NCBI RefSeq assembly: GCF_006345805.1
Contig: NC_042999.1
Coordinates: forward strand, 22,754,001-22,818,000
Source of the DNA: Octopus sinensis
Lineage: Eukaryota
Reading direction: 5' to 3'
DNA length: 64,000 nucleotides
Below, piece by piece: positions 1 through 11,055 of the stretch. The notes beneath the pieces were generated by a model. It did not search any database and had not been told where the DNA came from. It saw only the letters and a program-made list of their open reading frames with translations. The position numbers and the translations under genes were made by a program. Numbering within the stretch: position 1 is the stretch's first letter; each line of letters begins with the position of its first letter.

Positions 1-433
1 TGCAGACTCAAGCTCCCAACTCGCGCGAGTGTCTACTTTGACTCTCTTCTTCGACCAGCAATTTGCGAAAACGCAGAGGTTCAATGGACGATATGTGACG
101 TTCTTTGTTAAAGAATCGTACCTTTGTTTCTTTTCTGTATTTTTTGTTCTCAGTCAATAGCGCAGTATTGTGCTAAGCATTTATTAAAATCTCACATTAT
201 TCTAAATTCTTGGAAACGTGATGATTTTCCGCTAGCCATTGGATCGTATGTAGAAAGCCATTAAATATTTCGTCTTCATATCGTATAGCTGGTTGAATTT
301 AGCAATTTGGACATATACAGAGATACCCTCACTTTATGATCACTTACTAAAACAATATATTTTTGTATTTTAAAAAATTAAACGTCAAAATGAAAGGATA
401 ATTCGATGGCTAATGTAATTGATATTAATTTAA

Positions 434-500
<67 letters not shown>
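434..500. repeat. (GATA)n microsatellite
   Basis: About 16 perfect tandem GATA units. Confidence 0.95.
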
Positions 501-869
501 TTAATAATAATTTAAATGGAAATTTGACAAGGTAGTTGATGCTACATCGAAGAGGCCAGGGAATAGAAGAAAGAAGACATGCACCCAACACCAGAGCTGA
601 AGACACCTCCGAAAGCGGGGCCCCACCACGTCAAAACGGTAGAGGAGTAGGGGCCGAAACCGGACGTGGTTCCTCCTGATGATGTCTTGAGCTAACTGGA
701 TCCTATAAAGGAGCTGTTGTGGTAGCAGACCACGAAACACGGTTGAAAGTCCTCAGAAAGAAATGGAAAACAACTTTAAAAACAAAATAGAGATCGTGAA
801 TGAACAAAAACCGAGAAAATTGTTCAAATTTACCTTTCGGCCAGCCAAGTGTTTCTTTTAGCTTTTTAT

Positions 870-1090
870 ATTTTATTCGCTTCAGTCATGTACTTGCGGC
901 CATGCTGGGGCACCACTTTGATAAGTTTCGCGGAACGAATCGATTCCTGTACTTATTTCTCTTTCTAAGTTTGACACTTATTCTATCAGTCTTTTATGCC
1001 GAACCACTAGGTTCCACAGACGTAAACAAACCAATACCGCTTGACAACCGGCATTAGTTTGTTTACGTCCCCTCAAGTAAGCAGTTACAA
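870..1090 (-). mobile_element. SINE family B, 3' part (diverged)
   Basis: ttcagtcat..tgcggccatgctggggcaccac..gccgaacc..gtaaacaaacc matches the tail of the family B copies at 17960, 23655, 36575. Confidence 0.75.
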
Positions 1091-1247
1091 TGGACTTCTA
1101 CACAATTTCCGTCTACGAAATTCTCTCACAAGTTATTGACTGGCTTGGGGCCATAATACAATACACACTTGCCCAATGTACCGCGCAGTGTGTTTGCAAA
1201 GCGAGGTTCGTGACCACATACCTATGTCTGCACCTACATATATATGT

Positions 1248-1517
1248 GTGGAGGCGCAAAAGCCCAGTGGTTAGGGCAGCGGACTCGCGGTCGTAGGATC
1301 GCTGTTTCGATTCCCAAACCGTGCGTTGTGAGTGCTTATTGAGCGAAAACACCTAAAACACCTAAAGATTCCACACTTTCTCCCACTCTTTCTTCTGTTG
1401 GCCTGCTCGCCTAGCCAGCAGGGTGGCGTCATTCGAAGGCTAAAACAATGCGAACGCATTGTGACCAGCGATGTGTAACAACATCTGATGGTCTGGTCTG
1501 TCACGTGATCACGTGAT
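1248..1517 (+). mobile_element. tRNA-derived SINE family C, tail variant 3
   Basis: Head gtggaggcgcaaaagcccagtggttagggcagcggactcgcggtcgtaggatcgctgtttcgattccc (A/B-box-like) shared with 7665 and 57841 copies; different tail ending cacgtgatcacgtgat. Confidence 0.8.
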
Positions 1518-1654
1518 ATATATATATATATATATAATATATATATATATATATGTATGTATGTATATATATATGTATATATACATATATGTATATATAT
1601 GTGTTTGTGTGTGAGTGTGTGTGTATATACACACACACACACACACACACATAT

Positions 1655-2013
1655 ATATTTCCTTCTCCTTTTTCTTCTCGTTTTACAATCGTGCCCGATT
1701 ACAAACCTTTCCTCCTCGATCTCCACAAGCGCCTAAAACAACACCTTCGCACTCTTCCTTCCCGCTACTTTCAGCCTTCTATTCACCTTTCCCTACTAAT
1801 TTTCAAAAAAAAAAAACACTTCGCCATGATAAATCGCTAGCCACTACACATTCTTTATTTTCTCTCCTTATTTCTTTCTGTGTTCTTTTCTGTGGAAGAT
1901 CGTAGGCTCGAAACGTTAAAGACTTTTTCACTTCCCGAGCGTTATACTAATACATGTGTTCGTTGTCTACACCACTTGTCTTCGTCTTTTGTTTTTTATT
2001 TGCGAATTCTCCC
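1655..2013 (+). mobile_element. Family G small Penelope-like (PLE) insert with hammerhead-like motif
   Basis: gctagccactacaca..ttctgtgtt..ctgtggaagatcgtaggctcgaaacgttaaagacttt..cccgagcgttatactaataca recurs at 19140, 49551 (minus) and 62645; 3' end runs into (TA)n. PLE assignment is inference. Confidence 0.6.
1884..1922 (+). ncRNA. Minimal type I hammerhead-like motif, A6U variant (family G copy 1)
   Basis: tctttt CTGTGGA a gatc gtag gctc GAA AC GT T aaaga; stem II has one mismatch in this copy. Confidence 0.45.
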
Positions 2014-2047
<34 letters not shown>

Positions 2048-2667
2048 TGTATATATACATATATGTATATATACATATATGTATATATATGTGTTGTGTG
2101 TGAGTGTGTGTGTATATACACACACACAATTTTCATAAAGAAAATATATTTGGATGGCGTTAAAAGTTCGCAGGCTTTGCAATCTACAACGGAAGGGAAT
2201 AAAGAAGTAATTATATTTATTCCTCGCATCCATGAACAGGGGTAGCTGATTAAGGACAGCGATTAAATATTCCCATAATGCAAGCTGTTATTTGTGATAT
2301 ATCATAACTATTATTAAAATACCGAAAGATGCAACAAAGGTGTCGGCCAATAAAGGTTTGCTGCAAGCAGTGGCTGTTTTTCTTTTTCTGTAGATATGTA
2401 TATAAAAATAAAGCTAGCTGGAGAATGCAGAATGCTAGTGAATGCAGATAATGAAGAGACAAATTTGTTCATGAAACAGAAGAAATAATAAAATGTGGTT
2501 TAAAACACTCACGAATTGTTAATGTTGATAATACGTTCTCATTTTAGATGTGCGTGTTCGAGAGAAGCCATATTGCAAAAGATAAATAATCGATGTATGG
2601 TTTTAAAGTAGCTAAAAATCAGTTAACCTTATTTGGAAATAACGCAAGGGAAAACTAATACAGATTG

Positions 2668-3392
2668 GTGAAGGCGTGTGGATTAGCGGTTAAGGGCATT
2701 CGGAAGGCGGCAAGCTTGCAGAATCGTTAGCACGCTGGGTGAAATGCTTTGCGGTATTTCGTCTGCCGTTACGTTGTGAGTTCAAATTCCGCCGAGGTCG
2801 ACTTTACCTTTCATCCTTTCGGGATCGATTAAATAAGTACCAGCTACGCACTGGTGTCGATGTAATCGACTTAATCCGTTTATCTGTCCTTGTTTGTCGC
2901 TTCTGTGTTTATCCCCTTGTGGGTAGTAAAGAAATAGGTATTTCGTCTCCTGTTACGCTGTGAGTTCAAATTCCGCCGAGGTCGACTTTGCCTTTCATCC
3001 TTTCGGGGTCGATTAAATAAGTACCAGTTACAAACTGGGGTCGATGTAATTGACTTAATCCGTTTGTCTGTCCTTGTTTGTCCCCTCTGTGTTTAGCCCC
3101 TTGTGGGCAATAAAGAAATAGGTTAATGCCATTCGGCTCACGATCGTAAAGTCGGGAGTTCGATACCCGGCAAAGTGTTGTGTTCTTGAGCAAAGCACCT
3201 TATTTCACGTCACTCCATTCAGCTGACAAAAAAAAAAAATGAATTGTACCTGTAATTCACATTTTGTGTCACGCTAAATCTCCCTCAGAACTACGTTAAG
3301 GATACGCATGTTCGTGAATGCTCTTGCACTTTAATTTTACGGGCAGGCTTATTCGAATCAACTGGAACACTCGTCGTCGTAACCGACGGAAG
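2668..3392 (+). mobile_element. SINE family E (tRNA-like head, family C1-type tail) interrupted by a family A dimer
   Basis: Head gtgaaggcgtgtggattagcggttaagggcattcgg (2668-2703) resumes at 3130 (cattcggctcacgatcgtaaagtcgggagttcgata); cattcgg duplicated on both sides of the insert; tail ends ctcgtcgtcgtaaccgacgg. An uninterrupted copy is at 56143-56452. Confidence 0.75.
2705..3122 (+). mobile_element. SINE family A head-to-tail dimer
   Basis: Two copies of gttcaaattccgccgaggtcgactttgcctttcatcctttcggggtcgattaaataagtaccag..gccccttgtggg..aaagaaatagg; second unit starts internally at gtatttcgtct. Confidence 0.9.
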
Positions 3393-3584
3393 GTTTTCTT
3401 TTTTTTTAATTTAAAACTCATGCTTGTGCAGCGTGCCGAAAATCCAAGGGAACTTAACGGCTCCGTAAAAGCTTTACTTCCAGTCATACGGAAAGCAAAG
3501 TCAAGAGTGGGGGTTTTGTTGTTTGTCTTTGTTTATTGATTTTCTCGTCACTTTTGCTAGAAGTAGCAAAAATATATATATATT

Positions 3585-3901
3585 TTTACGCCCTTTTCAA
3601 GCCTAGCCAGGCTCATGGGCCCTGTTTCCCGGTTTCTGTGGCGTATGTGTTCCCCCCAGCTAGACGGGACGCCAGTCCATCGCAGCGTTACTCAAGAAAC
3701 AGGAAAAGAGAGTGAGAGAAAGTTGTGGCGGAAGAGTACAACAGGGGTCTCCACCCCTCCCCCCTGCTGGAGCATCGTGGAGCTTTCTTTTTTTAAGTGT
3801 TTTCGCTCAATAAACACACACAACGGCCGGTCTGGGATTCGAAACCGCGATCCTCCGACCGCGAGTCCGCTGCCCTAACCACTGGGCCATTGCGCCTCCA
3901 C
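3585..3901 (-). mobile_element. SINE family C, tail variant 2
   Basis: Family C head on minus strand, tail ggactggcgtcccgtc..cccatgagcctggctaggcttgaaaagggcg; flanked by TSD agcaaaaatatata. Confidence 0.85.
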
Positions 3902-4199
3902 AGCAAAAATATATAATGAAAACAAAACAATTTTATTTCATATACTACTGGTCGTTGATAATGCAACTTATCACTAACAATCTCTACGTTACCATCTAAA
4001 TGTTAGACTCTCTTTTTTGCTGCGAAATACGACATTACATTTACAAACTCTGAATCAAACGTATTATCTTCGGCACGCATTTTATCAATAAATAAAAACT
4101 ATTGAGAAGAAAGGAACACCAACAGTAAAATAATTTTGGAAATCATTCAATGTTTATTCTCGATGCAGTGAAAACAGTTCTTTCTACTATAGGCACATT

Positions 4200-5450
4200 G
4201 CCTGAAATTTTGGGGATGTGGTAAGTCGATTACATGAACCACAGTATTTGACTAATGTTTATTTCATCGTCCCCGAAAGGATGAAAGGTAAAGTCAATCT
4301 CGGTAGCATTTGAATTCAGAACTATAGCCGGAAGAAATGCTGTGAAGCATTTTTCAGACGTGCTAACCATTCTTCTTTCTTTTTATTGCCCAAAAGGGGC
4401 TAAACATAGAGGGGACAAACAAGGACAGACAAACGGATTAAGTCGATTATATAGACCCCAGTGTGTAACTGGTACTTAATTTATCGACCCCGAAAGGATG
4501 AAAGATAAAGCCGATCTCGGCAGAATTTGAACTCAGAATGTGGCGGCAGACGAAATACGGCTATGCATTTCGCCTGGCGTGCTAACGGTTCTACCAGTTT
4601 ATTTTATCGTCCCCGAAAGGATGAAAGGTAAAGTCAACCTCGGTAGCATTTGAATTCAGAACTAGAGCCAGAAGAAATTCTGTGAAGCATTTTTTCCCGA
4701 CGTGCTAACCATTCTGCCAGCTTGCCCTCTTAAATGCAGTAAAAAAAAAAAGGCTTCGAAATTTGGCACAAGGCTAGCAATTTCGGGAGAGGGGTAAGTC
4801 AATTATATTGACAAGAGTATTCAACTAATACTTATTTTATCGACCCCGAAAGAAGGAAATGTAAAGTCAACATCGGCGGAATTTGAACTCAGAACAATTC
4901 TGCCAGTTCGTCGCCCTAGATGCAGCGAAAATAATTCTTTCTACTATAGGCCCAAGGCCTGAAATTTGGGGGAGGGGACAAGTCGATTACATCGACTCCA
5001 GTGCATCACTGGTATTAGGATCTTTACCTTTTAAAATAACGAAATATACACCGCCAGAAGTTCTTCTGGCGGTGTATATTTGTTGACAAATAGCGGCAGT
5101 AATTTTATTCAGCTGAATACACGTCATTGATTGGTTGAAATTACCGAAATACGAGAACTTTAACGTGAAATAACTTCGTAAATATAAGTTTTTTTCAAAA
5201 ATACTAAGAGTAAAAGGTATTTTATATGACACATTCTACCAGTGCCCAAAGTTTGAAAGTGTTTAGTTACAAAAACTTATTTTTTGAATCTATAGGTCAA
5301 AAGGTAAAGATCCAGTACTTATTTAATCGACCCCGAAAGGATGGAAGGCAAAGTCGACCTCGGCGAAATTTGAACTCAACGTAAAGACAGACGGAATACT
5401 TCAGAGCATTTTGTCCGGCGTATTGACAATTCTGTCTGTTTGCTGCCTTA
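4200..5450 (-). mobile_element. Cluster of about five SINE family A copies/fragments
   Basis: Repeated atcgaccccgaaaggatgaaaggtaaagtc..ctcgg..atttgaactcagaac near 4270, 4485, 4605, 4840, 5325. Confidence 0.85.
5018..5313. mobile_element. MITE (family H) inserted in a SINE A
   Basis: TIR ggatctttaccttt / aaaggtaaagatcc; splits the SINE A motif actggta|cttatttaatcgacccc; second copy in opposite orientation at 6741-6997. Confidence 0.8.
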
Positions 5451-5888
5451 GATGCAGCGAAAATAATGAGATCAGAACAAGTTACAGAGAAAATATCTGC
5501 CCTCAAATTATAGAATAATTTGAAACGATTTGTAGAACAAGTGGAGATTGTTTGATATGAAAGAGAAGCGATCATTGATCTTCTTAATAAGATTTACCTT
5601 GATGTTTCTACGAGTGACAGAAACGAGATTTTGATCCACGCGAACAAAAACTGACGCACGAAGACGTCGTTCAAATAGCTTCCACTTGTTTAAGTCATTG
5701 GACTGCGGCCATGCTGGGGCACTGCCGTGAAAGAATTAATTCAACAAATCGTTCCTAATACTTTCTTTTTAATGCAATGTAATTACCATTTCAAATATGC
5801 TTGTGTCAAGTTGATCTGGTAATAATATTATATATATACACATCACTGCTCAGCAATCCTACCTAGTATTTAAAAAAAATAGAAATAT

Positions 5889-6403
5889 TAATATTTCTAA
5901 GTCTCTCTAAAGGAGACTACGGCAGCGGTACTGGATATTAATAGTTATCGCCAAGCTAACATTGCAGTCCAGAAATATAGGACGAATACTGCCGTTGATT
6001 AGCTCCAAGAGGCCGTCGCCTCTAGCTAGCTATGTGACACACGAACTTGTGTCCATTATAACCCCCTTTAGAGAGACTTAGAAATATTATTATTTCAAGT
6101 TTTGAAAGCCAGTGGAAGTATTCCACAGAATTTAGGTAAATAATCCTTCGAACAGACGGTCAGTAGCGACGCCTGCTGGGATCGGCTGCTCTGTATTGAT
6201 AAGAGGCAAATACCTTGAAACTAGTCTGCGGATGCCTGACCATCAAAGGGAAGCGGCTGACCGCCCCTGTTCGAAGGTTATAATGGACACAGGTTCGTGT
6301 GTCACATAGCTAGCTAGAGGCGACGGCCTCTTAGAGCTAATCAACAGCAGCATTCGTCCTATATTTCTGCACTGCCATATTAGCTTGGCGATAACTATTA
6401 ATA
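5889..6403. mobile_element. Composite inverted-repeat (MITE-like) structure
   Basis: aatatttctaagtctctctaaagg (~5889) inverted at ~6064-6088; ~128-bp arm 5935-6062 inverted at 6276-6403; ccttcgaacag..ggtcag (~6146) inverted at ~6256-6277. Confidence 0.75.
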
Positions 6404-6740
6404 TTTTTAAAAAGTTTTATACCTATTCTATAATTCTCTTTTGCCGGGGACATAAACAAGCCAACACCGGTTGTTAAGCAATGGTGGGGAACAAACACAA
6501 TGACACACATACATATACATCGAGTAACAAATAAAAAACAAACTAGTTCCAATTGATTGTTTATCGCTCATAAATCATATGTATGACGTATTTAAATCGT
6601 CTGTCGTGATTTTTATTTCATTGCTTATTTAATACTCGTCAAAATGTTGAACCTCATTAAACATACTTGCTGTTTATGACATTATTTCTGTGTGAATTAG
6701 CTTTTCACACAACGATTGCTTAATAAAAGTTTACACATTT

Positions 6741-6997
6741 GGGATCTTTACCTTTTGACCGACAGATTAAAAAATATTTTTTTGTAACTAAACACTTTCA
6801 AACTTCGTAAAATGGTAGAATGTGTCATATAAAACATCTTTTACTCTTAGCATTTTTGAGAAAAGCTTATATTTACGAAGTTATTTCACGTTAAACTTCT
6901 CATACTTCGGTAATTTCAACCAATCAATGACGTGTATTCGGCTGAAATAAATTACTGCCGTTGTTTGTAAACAAGAACTTCCGGCGGTGTATATTTC
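6741..6997. mobile_element. MITE family H, truncated second copy
   Basis: gggatctttaccttttgacc.. is the reverse complement of most of 5018-5313. Confidence 0.8.
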
Positions 6998-7348
6998 ATC
7001 CTTTCGAGGTCGATTAAATAAGTACCAGTTACTGGGTTCGATGTAATCGACTTAATCCCTTCTCCCAAATTTGAGGCCTTGTGCTTCCAGCAGAAAGAAA
7101 TGATCTCAGTGATCTGTCAACAAAGCGTTTTAGCTGATTATACAATTGTCACTCTCTTGCTCATTCTCTCTCTTTTTTCTCTCCCCCCTCTCTCTCTTCC
7201 AACCGTGACCACTCTGATTTTTGTTAGTATAGAAAAAAGAATTGCACAAAACTTGAAAGTCCTCTTTCCATAGTTTTATGGCAACATGCGCTGCTATTGG
7301 CAGTGAACTGAAAATACTCTTCTGTATTTAAGAGATGAGGGATTATGT

Positions 7349-7392
7349 ACACCTGACGAAGGCTGGAGGGTAAATCAGCCGAAACGTTGTGT
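7349..7392 (+). ncRNA. Minimal type I hammerhead ribozyme motif (PLE-type)
   Basis: acac CTGACGA a GGCTG gagggtaaat CAGCC GAA AC GT T gtgt: 4-bp stem I, 5-bp stem II, palindromic ACGT stem III, GUU triplet. Confidence 0.65.
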
Positions 7393-7664
7393 TTACAACA
7401 AACAAGATGAGGACAAATATCCGTCAAATGTAAACAATGAAAATATTCTGGTATTTACTTAAACTTCTCGACCCTATTCCCCTCTTTGTGAAGTGTGAGA
7501 GAAGGCAAGATTTGAAATCAGAACCCACAAAGCCAAAACAGATACCACAAGGCATCTTGTTCAACACTCTAATAATTCCGCTAATCCACCTCTCTGGACT
7601 GGGGTATTTTATTTTATGAAATCTGAATTGATGGGAAAGCGGAGTTAACTTCGACTAGAAATGA

Positions 7665-8055
7665 TTTGGATTGGAAGTACTCCGTCGGTTACGACGACGA
7701 GGGTTCCGGTTGATCCGATCAACGGAACAGCCTGCTCGTGAAATTAACGTGCAAGTGGCTGAGCACTCCACAGACACGTGTACCCTTAACGTAGTTCTCG
7801 GGGATATTCAGCGTGACACAGAGAGTGACAAGGCCGGCCCTTTGAAATACAGGTACAACAGAAACAGGAAGTAAGAGTGAGAGAAAGTTGTGGCGAAAGA
7901 GTACAGCAGGGATCACCACCATCCCCTGCCGGAGCTTCGTGGAGCTTTAGGTGTTTTTGCTCAATAAACACTCACAACGCCCGGTCTGGGAATCGAAACC
8001 GCGATCCTACGACCGCGAGTCCGCTGCCCTAACCACTGGGCCATTGCGCCTCCAC
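7665..8055 (-). mobile_element. SINE family C, tail variant 1, full length
   Basis: Full head to tail (..gtcgtaaccgacggagtacttcca); 11-bp TSD actagaaatga at 7654-7664 and 8056-8066. Confidence 0.92.
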
Positions 8056-8519
8056 ACTAGAAATGAACTCAGTACGCGAAGAACGAAAGCAACGTGTTTT
8101 ACCCGTTGCTCTAACCAAGCTGCTAACTCATCGTCCCTTTTTTTTTTATATGATTAACTATATTGTCCAGTATGTTTTGTACTTTTTTAAGACACCGAAG
8201 AGTGTTTTCAAATAGTCTTCTTAGTAAGAAATCGTTATTCAGTTGCGTTCCTTTATATTCTGACGTTATGTCACACCAGAAATCAATTTTATATTTCGTC
8301 CACTTTGGATCGATAAATAAGATTTTGTAAGTGTACTTGTAAATTGACAAGTATCGATATCTGTTCATACAACTGACTGTATTCTTCTGACAAGATCCAT
8401 GGACTTGTACAAATATCAGAAACAAAAACCATTATATTTTCTTCTCTCTTACGTCAACAATTGATTGCTCAAGCTTCAACATATATCTGAAGTGAATTTG
8501 AAGAGTTTACTCGTCTTTC

Positions 8520-8830
8520 TGTAAGAGGCGACGGTAACACCACCCCGATCAGATATGGTTATTCTACCCAGGGACACGAAAACAATCATTGTGATCGAAC
8601 TTACCGTACTCTGGGAAGACAGACTTGACATTTTTTCACCAATTGAAGAAAACCAAATATCAAGAGCTCATTAGGTCCTTGTCAAAGAATGGCCATTCAA
8701 CCTCATTCCTCATTGCAGCTGGCTTCCGCAGTTTCCCAGCAAGATCAGTGCGCTATTTTCTGCAGAATATTGGTTTGGAATCCAAACAACTGAATAAAGC
8801 CACTATGGAGAAACCATAGCGACTGAGACT
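8520..8830 (+). pseudogene. REL-endonuclease remnant of a non-LTR retrotransposon (HERO/NeSL-like)
   Basis: Translation across a frameshift RSDMVILPRDTKTIIVIELTVLWEDRLD..KKTKYQELIRSL..GFRSF resembles the PD..ELTVPWE..K..KY..L REL motif. Confidence 0.6.
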
Positions 8831-9122
8831 AGCTGAGGATAGTTGCGATTGGCAAGAAACTACAGACAGATTATCTCTGAGTGAAGGCGAATTCAGTCCT
8901 CACTGCCTCATTCAGGCAAAGCGTACAGCCTACAGCCTAAGCACAACCTAAGTGCAACCTAAGGGGCGAAACGTTCGTGACGTTTGATATTCCTGCTGAA
9001 GATACAGAAGCATTGGCTTGGGATCAAGAGGTGCAACAGGTACAAGCTCCCCGCCTAAACTTTTTGGTGTGAAGAGTAAGGGGTAATAAAAACGCTTTGA
9101 ATATCTTCCTGGAAAACTTCAT

Positions 9123-9534
9123 TGGCAGAAACGTTAACACGCTGGGCGAAATGCTTAGCGGTATTTCGTCTGCCCCCCTACGTTCTGAGTTCGAATTCCG
9201 CCGAGGTCGACTTTGCCTCTCATCCTTTCGGGGTCGATTAAATAAGTACCAGTTACGCACTGGGGTCGATATAATCGACTTAATCCGTTTGTCTGTCCTT
9301 GTTTGTCCCCTCTGTGTTTAGCCCCTTGTGGGTAGTAAAGAAATAGGTATTTCGTCTGTCTTTACATTCTGAGTTCAAATTCCGCCGAGATTGGCTTTGC
9401 CTCTCATCCTTTCGGGGTCGATAAATTAAGTACCAGTTACGCATTGGGGTCGATGTAATCGACTTAATCCGTTTGTCTGTCTTTCTTTGTTCCCTCTATG
9501 TTTAGCCCCATGTGGGCAATAAAGAAATAAGAAA
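9123..9534 (+). mobile_element. SINE family A head-to-tail dimer
   Basis: Same dimer organisation and same junction (aaagaaatag|gtatttcgtct) as 2705-3122. Confidence 0.9.
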
Positions 9535-9536
9535 CA

Positions 9537-10090
9537 TTAACACGCCGGGTGCTTAGAACCCTCCTGATAATCCTTGCTGTCCCTAAGAAGCAAACTTTCT
9601 CTAGGAGCTTTACCGGGCATTCTATTTCTTTTTTCCTTCAGCCATTTGTTTATATCTTGGCTTACTGTTCCCAACGCACCAATCATTACAGGCACGACCT
9701 TTACTGTTCTCATGCTCCAAATTCTTCCTATTTCAAATTTTAAATGATTGTATTGTCTTTGTTTTTCTTCCTCTTTCTTTACGATCCTGGAATCAAACTG
9801 GCATGACGGGCCGATAATAAACAACATTGCTTTTCCCTATCTATGATCATAATGTCTGGTCTATTGTTTTCTAACTTCTTGTCTGTTTGAAGAGGGAAGT
9901 TCCCTAAAATCTAATCCGTTTGAAGAACATGTGTTCCTTTTGATATTAAGATCGCAGAAATTGACCCTTTACTGAAAACATTTTGGACCATGGTTTGTAC
10001 ACCCTAAGCAAATTTCGTTCCTACTCTTATGCACAGAAGGCTTCCACGATTGGGATAGCTCTAGTCACAACCAGAAAAAGAGTTTGCTAT
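9537..10090 (-). pseudogene. 3' remnant of an R4/Dong-like retrotransposon (REL domain), different from the 31.9-kb element
   Basis: Frameshifted translation QTDKKLENNRPDIMIIDREKQ..EEEKQRQYNHLKFEIGRIWSMRTVKVVPVMIGALG..LGTARIIRRVL. Confidence 0.75.
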
Positions 10091-10449
10091 ATATGTAAGT
10101 AACGCCTGCAATTTCTACTTGAGATAAAGCATCTCTGATGTTTATTACATCTGTAAATAAGAATCATAAATACCCAAAATTCATCAATAAATTTATAAAT
10201 AAACACGGATAGATATAGACGGCAAGAGAAAAAGAAAGACGGTAAAACGGAGCAAACATTAAAATCAAAGCGATTAGAAACATATTTAAGTTATATTTAA
10301 ATTTTCTATGAGGAAATTATCTCGATATATTTCTGAGGTTAAATTTAATTTCACTTACTGTACTGCAGGCAGATCATTAGTTTTGTTTTTGTAGTAAGTT
10401 ATATAAACGGATGTAAATTTAATAAACACATATAACCACACGTGACTGT

Positions 10450-10844
10450 GTGTATGCATATGCGTATGTAAGCGCATGCACATGTTCATGGATATTATAT
10501 ATATATATGCATTTGTATATATATATATATATATATATATACATGCATATGTGTATGTACACTTATGTATGTATGTATATATATATATACATATATATAT
10601 ATATTATATACATATGCATATGTGTATGTATACCTATATGTATGTAGCTATATATATATATATTATATATATATATATATACATGCATATGTGTATGTAC
10701 ACCTATATATGTATGTACGTATATATATATATATTATGTGTATATATACATATATATGTATATATATATATACACATATATATATATACGCACATATATA
10801 CGTATATATGTGCATATATATACACATGCATATGTGTGTGTACG

Positions 10845-10878
<34 letters not shown>

Positions 10879-11055
10879 TATGCATATATATATATGTATG
10901 TATATATTATATGTGTATATATACATATATATATGTGTGTGTATATATACATGTAAATATATATATATATACATATATATATATACATATATATATATAC
11001 ACACACACATATATACATATATATATGTATATATGTGTGTGTGTGTGTGTAATTA
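10450..11055. repeat. Compound (TA)n/(TATG)/(CA) microsatellite
   Basis: Low-complexity alternating purine/pyrimidine array. Confidence 0.95.

Noticed and set aside
540-790. GC-richer, coding-like purine-rich stretch (possible ORF1-like remnant)
   Set aside because: Multiple stops and no diagnostic motif; cannot assign without a search.
1248-1325. tRNA gene calls for SINE heads
   Set aside because: A/B-box-like motifs present but no convincing acceptor stem, and each head is fused to a SINE body.
1680-1800. RFTIVPDYKPFLLDLHKRLKQHLRTL as a GIY-YIG or PLE linker fragment
   Set aside because: Lacks the Y-x-G-x-T motif; only a weak resemblance to the PLE post-RT linker.
7671-8157. Recurring short ORFs such as MFIEQKHLKLH.. 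and MVVIPAVLF..
   Set aside because: They recur because they are SINE C sequence (also 26827, 57925), not protein genes.
8833-8867. CTGAGGA..ttgc/gcaa..GAAAC hammerhead-like motif
   Set aside because: No NUH triplet closing stem III (GAC instead) and stem II is offset from the core.
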